Part shown: in pieces, positions 1-8,068 of the stretch
Numbering within the stretch: position 1 is the stretch's first letter
How the letters are laid out: each line of letters begins with the position of its first letter
Source of the DNA: Azolla caroliniana
Taxonomy: Eukaryota; Plantae; Polypodiophyta
DNA length: 8,972 bases
Assembly (NCBI GenBank): GCA_043228905.1
Contig: JBHGNT010001402.1
Location: forward strand, 1-8,972
Direction of reading: 5' to 3'
Notes under the pieces: model-generated
Database searches by the model: none
What the model was told of the DNA's origin: nothing
What the model saw: the letters and a program-made list of their open reading frames with translations, nothing else
Made by a program: the position numbers and the translations under genes

Positions 1-347
1 AATCGGGTGCTTCAATCCGTTGGGCAATTTGGATTGCCATATGGAATGTTGTCGGTCCCTGATCCATAACATGACGATATAGATCATGTCGTAACCATGG
101 TAGTAGGAAGTACAGCTTCATGGTCTCCTTCATGTTGGGGTCGACTCGAAGTAGTAGTTGTTTTAGCTTGACGGAAGTTGTGCCACCGGCTCGTTGGGTT
201 GTTGCCGGAGACTGTTTATTTGTTGTAGAGCAGATTTTGTCACATCATTGTTAGCGAAATGTTGTATGAGTTGCTCCTACAAATAGTGCCAATCGTTCTT
301 GATTTCTTCCGGTTGTTGTATAAACCACGTGGCGGCTACATGCTCAA
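1..347 (-). pseudogene. gag: Ty3/Gypsy-like LTR retrotransposon gag, 3' part
   Basis: Manual translation: EHVAATWFIQQPEEIKNDWHYL*EQLIQHFANNDVTKSALQQINSLRQQPNEPVAQ, frameshift near 175, then SVKLKQLLLRVDPNMKETMKLYFLLPWLRHDLYRHVMDQGPTTFHMAIQIAQRIE. This is a typical retrotransposon capsid pattern (A..W, W..L...L...F, L.Q...E.V, P.T...AI..A...E). In-frame stop at 277-279. Confidence 0.85.
344..347 (+). repeat. 4-bp target site duplication, left copy (TCAA)
   Basis: Directly abuts the left TIR and is identical to 7358-7361. Confidence 0.93.
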
Positions 348-372
348 GGGTAAAAGCATGCGAGTGGAAACA
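348..372 (+). repeat. Left terminal inverted repeat (25 bp)
   Basis: GGGTAAAAGCATGCGAGTGGAAACA versus the reverse complement of 7333-7357, GGGTGAAAGCATGCGAGTGGAAACA: one mismatch at position 5. Confidence 0.96.
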
Positions 373-702
373 CTATTATAGCTAATTAGCTACTAAAATG
401 GCCATAGCTAATTAGCTATTTGTTTAGCTAGTCTTTCTTGTGGGAAAATCAAATATTTGAAAAACTAATTTATGAAAAAACTCAAATATTTGAACTTCTG
501 TTTCAGACGTAGTGGAACTTGGGGAATATCACCATCATCTAAGGTCGACTTCAATGTCATCAATTTCCTGTTTAGCCTAAGTCTGATTTTGAACGCAGAT
601 GGAGTACTCAGAGCACGAACGCAGACGTAGCTCCCGCAACAGCAAAAAATCGACATTGCAGATTGAGAGCTACAACACAGAACCCGCTCGATCATCGTCC
701 AG

Positions 703-798
703 GTATGTTTCAGTTACAGAAACCCCAAACATTTGTTTTTTCTTTTTGACTACTGTCTGAACTTTGGTGCCGATTCATATTTCCCCAAAATCGAATAG
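703..798 (+). other. Possible 5'-UTR intron of the accessory gene
   Basis: Strong donor CAG|GTATGT at 703, T-rich interior, candidate acceptor AATAG ending at 798, upstream of the ATG at 827. Confidence 0.45.
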
Positions 799-826
799 GG
801 CGAAGTCCTTGGAGTCCCATACAAGG

Positions 827-2752
827 ATGTCTCGCAAATCGGGGAGTAGCAACAGGTGTGTTTATATTACTTTTTTTGTGTTTAATCCTGTCTTTAGTGA
901 TTAGGGTTTGTGATTGAAATTTCTGATTAGGGTTTGTGATTGAAATTTCTGATTAGGGTTTTTGATTATAAATTTCTGATTAGAATTTCTGAATAGGGTT
1001 TCTGGTTACAAATTTTGATTACAAATTAGAATTTCTGAATAGGGTTTTTGTTTATAAATTTCTGCTTAGGATTTCTGATTAGGGTTTGTGATTGAAATTT
1101 TTTATTAGGGTTTCTGATTGAAATTTCTGATTAGGGTTTTTATTATAAATTTCTGATTAGAATTTCTGAATAAGGTTTCTGGTTACAAACTTCTGATTAC
1201 AGATTTTGATTAGGGTTTCTGATTTCAAACTTCTGATTACAGATTTTGATTAGGGTTTCTGATTTCAAATTTCTGAATACAAATTATGATTAGGGTTTCT
1301 GATTTGCTAAGTTAAAGATTTTGCACCATTTTTGTTGTTGTTGATTGGGGTTTTTGATTCTCACATATTCTGATTTTGCACTATTTCTGATTTCTGAAAT
1401 GATATTTCAGATGGCTCGTTCCTCCGTATACGAGAGTGTTAAACTTCGCAAAATTTTGCGAGACAAAGGAGGACTTCCACAACACCTATGGTCTGTCACT
1501 CGAGGGTGTTGACCCTGCTGTCCTAAGTGATAAATTGATCAGTGATATAGACTGGATGACAGTATATACAGTGCCTAGAGTCAAAGGCAAGGTCAAGTTG
1601 AAGCATGTACGAGCCGACTTGTACGATGACTGCATGAGACTGCACCAGAAAGTTCATCAGGAGATCCCAGTCAACAATGAGTTGTCAGTTTCATTTGCTA
1701 GAGCATTTGCATATGAGTACTGCAAAACAGCGAAGGAATCTAGAGACCCTGAAATGTATAGGGTAGCTTGGGCAGTCTATGGTGAGGCATCGGTAAAAAG
1801 ATGCCGAAAGATGGGGACCTTGGCACAAAAAATAGACAGATTTTGGAGCATGGCAGCTGTTGATGCAACTGCCGACTCCCAGCAAGACCGGGGGCATACA
1901 CCACACCGACACCCAAGGAAAGCCAATGTCGATGATACAGGTGAGACATTGGTTAGCTATATGCTAAAAAATGTCCATGAAGCCTGTGAGACATTGGCAT
2001 TTTTTAAGACTAATTTAGAGAAAGCCACAATGGCTTCTGCAATGGAGAGCAAAGTTACTTCTGCTGTTACAACAATTAGAAATAAGATTCAGGTAACTAT
2101 TGTTTTGCTGGTATGTGATTGTGTTATAAATAACGGGTAAAATGTGCTAATCAAGCATTATCTGGAATAGGTTGCGCAACAGGAGCTTGAATTAGAGGGG
2201 CCACTGGATCCCCAGCGTAAAATAGAACTGCAAATAGAGATCCAGGTTCTTTCAATGAACCTGGACCTTCTAGGTGTAAATACTGTTGCAGATTACAATT
2301 TGGATAAGCTTCAAGTAAGTTAACGATTCCTGAGCAAAGTTGGTGTATCTTTCAACAACAAGAATAATTAATCGGTAAATTTCTCTGTTGCGTTGAAGGA
2401 ACAATACATTCATCAAGAACAGGTAGTTAGCTGCCTTAAGAAGAAGCTACATTTTGTGGAGGGAATGGTAAGGACCAGACAGGATTTGGACCTGAACATT
2501 CTTGCTCCCTTACCAAATGAAGTAGAACCAGAAAATGATTTATTGACAGTTCAAGCACGTTGCATCGCTTGCGGGTTAGGTGTGGAGGACAAAACTGCGT
2601 CTTTGTTGGTTCACCTACAACCATGCAACCACACATACCATCTGCTTTGTTTTCAACATGCCTGTCGAATTGCTGCATTCTGTTTGGGAGATTGCAGTAC
2701 AACTCTACCAAATGAGTGGAGAAAACAAACAGGTATACCATACTGTAGCTAA
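827..2752 (+). CDS. Spliced transposon accessory gene, ~402 aa: unassigned N-terminal domain, coiled-coil-like region, C-terminal RING-H2-like zinc finger (putative E3 ligase)
   Basis: Predicted exons 827-855, 1411-2092, 2171-2314, 2399-2752 (1,209 nt, no internal stop). All three introns are GT-AG and frame-compatible (AG|gtgtgt..ttcag|A; CAG|gtaact..aatag|G; CAA|gtaagt..tgaag|G). Protein MSRKSGSSNRWLVPPYTRVLNF...CIAC-x16-CNHTYHLLC-x10-CLGDC...W. The model joins ORFs 1436-2140 and 2393-2752. Confidence 0.8.
899..1305 (+). repeat. Telo-box-containing minisatellite (~26-bp unit GATTAGGGTTTGTGATTGAAATTTCT plus 13/39-40-bp variants) in intron 856-1410
   Basis: About 11 copies of TAGGGTTT (reverse complement of telo-box AAACCCTA), with first units at 899, 925 and 951. 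Confidence 0.9.
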
Positions 2753-3376
2753 TAAGCTTAGTCTTTTCTAATTAGCTATCCTACTAGCTAATTAGCTACT
2801 GGCAGCTAATGAGCTACTAGCTAATTAGCTATCCTAGTAGCTAATTAGCTATGGTACTAGCTAATTAGCTAGTACCATAGTTGTGTAAAAAAGCTAAATA
2901 GCTATCCTACTAGCTAATTAGCCACTGGCAACTAATTAGCTATCCTAGTACCTAATTAGCTACTGCCATAGTTGTGTAAAGTAGCTAATAAGCTATCCTA
3001 GTAGCTAGTTAGCTATGGTACTAGCTAATTAGCTAGTACCATAGTTGTGTAAAAAAGCTAATTAGCTATCCTACTAGCTAATTAGCTACTGGCAACTAAT
3101 TAGCAATCCTACTAGCTAATTAGCTATCCTACTAGCTAATTAGCTATCATAGTAGCTAATTAGCTACTGACATAATTGTGTAAAGTAGCTAATAAGCTAT
3201 CCTAGTAGCTAGTTAGCTATGGTACTAGCTAATTAGCTAGTACCATAGTTGTGTAAAAAAGCTAATTAGCTATCCTACTAGCTAATTAGCTATCCTACTA
3301 GCTAATTAGCTACTGACATAGTTGTGTAAAGTAGCTAATAAGCTATCCTAGTAGCTAATTAGCTACTGGCAGCTAA
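2746..3376. repeat. Palindromic satellite array A (core TAGCTAATTAGCTA, ~20-bp units, higher-order blocks marked by TTGTGTAAA)
   Basis: Directly visible; lies between the two convergent genes and contains three perfect 32-bp palindromes at 2849-2880, 3013-3044 and 3217-3248. Confidence 0.95.
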
Positions 3377-5934
3377 CTTCACAGAGATCAATATTTCACT
3401 ACTCAATTCATTTGGACACCACCTAAATCTAGTAGGGCCACAATCTTGACATAAACCCATGACACATTTATGAATATGGAAGATAGCGTCAGTTTCTCTC
3501 GGACACAATATTGAATCTAATAAATAACTCATGGAAGAGATAACGTGCTCAGATGATTTACACTCCTCTTGCGGGCTTGATCGACAGATTGGGCACCCAC
3601 ATGTGCAAACTGTATTAGTTAGGGATGCGCTATGGTGACGTAGTAGATTAACAGAGTCCTTCAGAAAACCCATCTGTACATGGTAAATGCAACAACATGT
3701 GTATCGATCCTTTAAGCGTCTCACAAAGTGTGGCTTAAGAGACTCGAATGTTCGTAGTTGAACTTTGATAGTTGGATGCATTCGTTTGAACCTAATAAAT
3801 AAATCGACCTGCGTAATAAAGGGGAATTAGTTATTCTCGTAACTAGCTAACTATCCTAGTAGCTAATTAGTTGTCCTAGTAGCTAATTAGCTATCATGGT
3901 AGTTAATTAGCTGTCGTAGTAGCTAATTAGCTATCATGGTAGCTAATTAGCTATTCTAGTAGCTAATTAGCTATCATGGTAGCTAATTAGCTGTCGTAGT
4001 AGCTAATTAGCTATCATGGTAGCTAATTAGCTGTCCTAGTAGCTAATTGGTTGTCCTAGTAGCTAATTAGCTATCATGGTAGCTAATTAGCTGTCATAGT
4101 AGCTAATTAGCTATTCTAGTAGCTAATTGGTTGTCCTAGAAGCTAATTAGCTATCATGGTAGCTAATTAGCTATCGTAGTAGCTAATTAGCTATCATGGT
4201 AGCTAATTAGCTATTCTAGTAGCTAATTAGCTATTCTAGTAGCTAATTAGCTATCATGGTAGCTAATTAGTTGTCGTAGTAGCTAATTAGCTATCATGGT
4301 AGCTAATTAGCTGTCCTAGTAGCTAATTAGTTGTCCTAGTAGCTAATTAGCTATCATGGTAGCTAATTAGCTGCTCTAGTAGCTAATTAGCTATCATGGT
4401 GGCTAATTAGCTATTCTAGTAACTAATTAGCTATCATGGTAGCTAATTAGCTGGTCTAGTAGCTAATTAGCTATCATGGTGGCTAATTAGCTTTCCTAGT
4501 AACTAATTAGCTATCATGGTAGCTAATTAGTTGGTCTAGTAGCTAATTAGCTATCGTGGTAGCTAATTAGCTGGTCTAGTAGCTAATTAGCTATAATGGT
4601 GGCTGATTAGCTTTCCTAGTAACTAATTAGCTATCATGGTAGCTAATTAGCTGGTATAGTAGCTAATTAGCTATCATGGTAGCTAATTAGCTATCACGGT
4701 GGCTAATTAGCTGTCCTAGTAACTAATTAGCTATCATGGTAGCTAATTAGCTGGTCTAGTAGCTAATTAGCTATAATGGTGGCTAATTAGCTATCCTAAC
4801 TAATTAGCTATCATGGTAGTGGCTATTGAGAGTAGCCAGTTACCTATGTAGTAGCTATCATAGTAGCTAATTAGCTATCATGGTAGCTAATTAGCTTTCC
4901 TAGTAGCTAATTAGCTGGTAATAACGAAATAGCTAACTAGCTACCATGATAGCTAACTAGCTAGCAGTACAGCTAATTATCTGGTAGTACCTAAATTAGC
5001 TATTGAGAATAGCTAATTAGCTATCATGGTAGTAACTATTGAGAGTAGCTAGTTACCTATGTAGTAGCGATCCTAGTAGCTAACTGAGGTAAATGTAACT
5101 GATAAGCTAATTAGCTTTTCTGCTAACTGAGCTAATTAACTTTCCGAGTAGAGTCAAAACAAATGTTGAGATAAATGTAAATACCTAAGGTACATCAAGA
5201 AGATGAATGGGATGCTCCTCGTATTGATTTCTTCCAACACGTTTCCTGCATAAATCCTTTTTATTGGGTGAAACCCTACTCTCATTAGTCCAAAACATTG
5301 TGATTACATCCTTGATTTCAAATGTTATGGGTGTCATTGGCTTACATCTTGTAGTTAGCTTTAGTAGACTAGTTCCTTCACCCGAGGAAATTATACGGTT
5401 CATTGTATTGTACACTTTTTTTCTACTAACACCAATTACCTTAGATAGCTCACTGATGTTTATATCGTCAACATCACTATTAAGTAACATCATTAGACTA
5501 GATCTTTTTAAGACAAGATCATCTTCTGACCTACTCATGGATACGAAACTATTACGAAGATTATTTACTAAAATAGATGATATGTTTGCATTAAGACCAT
5601 CACAATCAACTAAGTCCTTTATCGATGGATCATTACATATTCCATAAAGTACTACCTTCTTTTCTTCATTGCTGATGTGCTTGGTTTGAACATTGAAATT
5701 GTCTACAACCTTTCTCTCTATGATGGTAGTCGCATTACTTACATTCTCAGCTAAACTATCCTTACCTTTACTGAGTGTGGCTTTCGTATCCTTCAACAAT
5801 TGACGATGTTTCCTTTTTTTTTCTGCCCAATAGTTTCGTATGGCTTGTTGTGTCCTGATAACATCATCCCTATCCTTATGATCATTGAGGGGTAATTCTA
5901 AACACCATTCTTCCCCTTCCATTTGGCTAGACAT
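3377..5934 (-). pseudogene. Sola-like transposase, N-terminal ~394 codons only; nonsense codon and no catalytic domain
   Basis: Exon 5934-5185 has an HTH-like ISELSKVIGVSRKKVY and FW...SRVSPNKKD...HLL. Donor TAG|GTATTT at 5184; acceptor with CTAAT branch point and TTACGCAG ending at 3809. Exon 3808-3377 reads VDLFIRFKRMHPTIKVQLRTFESLKPHFV...TCCCIYH...CP...C..G.C..CG. This resembles the Sola2-type SR..P.KKD / F...HP......F..L(R/K)P / C.C..H succession. The last codon of exon 1 is TAG (probably ex-CAG). Confidence 0.75.
3843..5138. repeat. Palindromic satellite array B (14-bp palindrome + 6-bp spacer, 20-bp period) filling the transposase intron
   Basis: About 47 units in exact 20-bp register from ~3860 to ~4795, then degenerate to ~5138; lies within predicted intron 3809-5184. 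Confidence 0.95.
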
Positions 5935-6269
5935 GTTAAAACCCTAAATTTCCAGAAAAAAAAACAAGTATTAAAGATGGCTATGGGCAACAACAATACA
6001 CAAAAATATTCCACACAATACACAAGATTAGACACAACAATACACAAGATAATCAATAGACAGAAAAGTTATTGCAATCCAAGACCAAACAGTAGAGGAT
6101 TTCACTCTGTTGGATCCAACAGTTGAGGAGGCGATCCAAGACCGACCAATGGCAACAACTGAGTGTAGAATGTTGCCGTTGGATGAGTGAACTCCGTCAA
6201 ATCGAAATGTGGAAGCAATCCGGGACTGGACAGTAGTGGCAACTGAGTATAGAATGATGGCAATGGAGG

Positions 6270-7004
6270 AGAGAACCCCGTCAGATTGAACAGTTACCGA
6301 TGATGCTTGAAACGCACATAGAAGGCACTTGAGAATAGAGTGGCATAGAGAAGAGAACCCCGTCAGATTGAACAGTTACCAATGATGCTTGAAACGCACA
6401 GTAGCGGCCCCTGAGTGAGAGTGGAAAAGAGAAGAGAACCCCGTCAGATTGAACAGTTACCAATGATGCTTGAAACGCACAGTAGCGGCCCCTGAGTGAG
6501 AGTGGAAAAGAGAAGAGAACCCCGTCAGATTGAATAGCTCTTTGATTATGCTTGGAACGCACAGTAGCAACCCCTGAGTGTAGAGTGGCAAAGAGAAGAG
6601 AACCCCGTCAGATTGAACAGCTCTTTGATGATGCTTGGAACGCACAGCAGCGGCCCCTGAGTGTAGAGTGGCACAGAGAAGAGAACCCCCTCAGATTGAA
6701 CAGCTCTTTGATGATGCTTGGAACGCACAGTAATGGCCCCTGAGTGTAGAGTGGCACAGAGAAGAGAACCCCCTCAGATTGAACAGCTCTTTGATGATGC
6801 TTGGAACGCACAGTAATGGCCCCTGAGTGTAGAGTGGCACAGAGAAGAGAACCCCGTCAGATTGAATAGCTCTTTGATGATGCTTGGAATGCACAGTAGT
6901 GGCCCCTGAGTGTAGAGTGTCACAGAGAAGAGAACCCTGTCAGATTGAGCAGCTCTTTGATGATGCTTGGAACGCACAGTAGCGGCCCCTCAGTGTAGAG
7001 TGGC
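6270..7004. repeat. 81-83-bp tandem repeat, 9 units, upstream of the transposase
   Basis: GAACC anchors at 6273, 6355, 6436, 6517, 6600, 6683, 6766, 6849 and 6932. Unit ~AGAGAAGAGAACCCCGTCAGATTGAACAGCTCTTTGATGATGCTTGGAACGCACAGTAGCGGCCCCTGAGTGTAGAGTGGCAC. Degenerate relics near 6159 and 6243. Confidence 0.96.
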
Positions 7005-7332
7005 GGCAGGTGGACTCGATAGGGTTTAGCAACAGTGGTAGCAACTAACCCACAGTACTCAACTAGAGATGGCCTACGTGATGTGGCAAAGGATCATGCA
7101 TAATGGACCTAGGAATTCGATATATAATTTATGGTACACATTTATGGTGCACACATCAATTTATGTTGCACATTTATGGCACTCATTTACATATGTAATT
7201 AAAACACTCTAGTATTTTCAATGGTAGTTTTTTGCATACTTAATTTATTAATGATGGCTTTTTACTAAAATGACTATTTATCAATGGTAGCTTTTTGCAT
7301 AGCTAATTAGCTATGTCAAGGACATAGCTAAT

Positions 7333-7357
7333 TGTTTCCACTCGCATGCTTTCACCC
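7333..7357 (-). repeat. Right terminal inverted repeat (25 bp)
   Basis: TGTTTCCACTCGCATGCTTTCACCC, 24/25 inverted match to 348-372. Confidence 0.96.
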
Positions 7358-7361
7358 TCAA
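7358..7361 (+). repeat. 4-bp target site duplication, right copy (TCAA)
   Basis: Directly abuts the right TIR; keeping one copy gives minus-strand ACA ATA TTT GAG CAT GTA (TIFEHV) in frame. Confidence 0.93.
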
Positions 7362-7665
7362 ATATTGTTCGCATCTCCAATGCTTTTCTTTCATCATTCC
7401 AATAGTGATAGCTTGCGACGAGGTCAAAATGATCTAGCCAAGCTAGTATATCCTCTGTGGGGAGACCGGAGAATGATCTTGGACGTATTCGGGAATCTTT
7501 TCTTTGATCACTTATTGTTCCTATAGATTGAGATTGAAAGGTGAGCCATGTTATGAGTGCTTGATTCGTGTGATTACTTGAATCATCATCGTAGACATCG
7601 CTTGGAACATTTGCTCTAGCTAATTCGGGTAAAAATGAAGGTTTAAAATTTGTTAATACCGTCAA
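7358..7665 (-). pseudogene. gag: Ty3/Gypsy-like gag, 5' part (same gene as 1-347)
   Basis: ORF 7303-7665 contains PRSFSGLPTEDILAWLDHFDLVASYHYWNDERKALEMRTIF, the P..F.G...ED...W...F......W gag N-terminal pattern. The ORF's last residues (GESMRVET...) are read-through into the TIR. True start codon uncertain. Confidence 0.85.
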
Positions 7666-7876
7666 ATTTTGCTAAGGCCAAAGCAATAGTACATGTATTA
7701 GTAGTTACAAATTACAATTCATAGGCTATAGCATATAGTTTTATTTGAGAAGGGTAAATGTGTAAACATATGTTATGTGATATGATAAAGGAGAAAAAGT
7801 GCCCGAACATATGCATAGTGTGAAAATAAACTTAGGGCTTCTTCTCTTTTCAGCCCATTCCTCTCTTTTGCCTGTT

Positions 7877-7892
7877 TCTCTCTCTCTCTCTC
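7877..7892 (+). repeat. (TC)8 microsatellite in a pyrimidine-rich tract
   Basis: Directly visible. Confidence 0.85.
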
Positions 7893-8068
7893 TTTCTCTA
7901 GCCACGCCATCACACCACAATACATTTCACACATGAGCTCTCTGACATATATTCTCGACATGTTCAAGCCCATCTCTCCTCCCTTGATCCATCCCTACCT
8001 TTAGAGAGCCTTAGTATGTAAAACTCACACACATCCTTCACTCCGCAACAATTAGCAGTTTCCCATAT

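Larger units (their letters stand above)
348..7357. mobile_element. TIR DNA transposon, Sola (Sola2-like) superfamily, 7,010 bp, probably non-autonomous, carrying a second gene
   Basis: TIRs at 348-372 and 7333-7357; TCAA duplicated at 344-347 and 7358-7361; removing the element restores the flanking gag frame. GRG termini and a 4-bp TSD match the described Sola2 hallmarks, and the internal ORFs have Sola-like motifs. Boundaries are very secure; the superfamily call is less so. Confidence 0.9.

Noticed and set aside
339-360. CATGCT/AGCATG inverted match between flank and TIR, and TCAAATATT shared by the right flank and internal palindromes
   Set aside because: 6-9-bp matches in AT-rich DNA are compatible with chance; one insertion cannot show target preference.
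465-695. Minus-strand 76-aa ORF, and likewise ORFs 7332-7526 and 7773-7973
   Set aside because: Short, motif-less, and overlapping a promoter region, gag antisense or a microsatellite.
899-1305. Interstitial telomere
   Set aside because: TTAGGG motifs are isolated within ~26-bp units rather than contiguous (TTTAGGG)n.
1411-1512. ATG at 1411 as start of the accessory gene
   Set aside because: Out of frame with the long ORF and closes after ~33 codons; splicing from 827-855 gives the correct frame.
1691-2771. ORFs 1691-1912, 1740-1949, 2436-2741 and 2580-2771
   Set aside because: Antisense or alternate-frame shadows of the accessory gene.
3843-4800. CRISPR-like array (palindromic repeat plus variable spacer)
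   Set aside because: Spacers are only 6 bp and recurrent, there are no cas genes, and the array is intronic in a eukaryotic context.
4808-5083. ~63-bp duplication (about 4808-4870 and 5021-5083)
   Set aside because: Real, but explained as a local duplication in the degenerate edge of array B.
5264-6126. Plus-strand ORFs 5264-5647 and 5923-6126
   Set aside because: Antisense to the transposase exon and its T-rich leader; no recognisable motifs.
6281-6977. Six or more overlapping short ORFs (MRSKHHQRA...)
   Set aside because: By-products of the 83-bp repeat shifting frame each unit; no independent coding evidence. There are also no unique spacers, so not CRISPR.
7666-8060. PBS and 5' LTR of the Gypsy element
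   Set aside because: I could not identify a convincing tRNA-complementary PBS or LTR boundary from the sequence alone.
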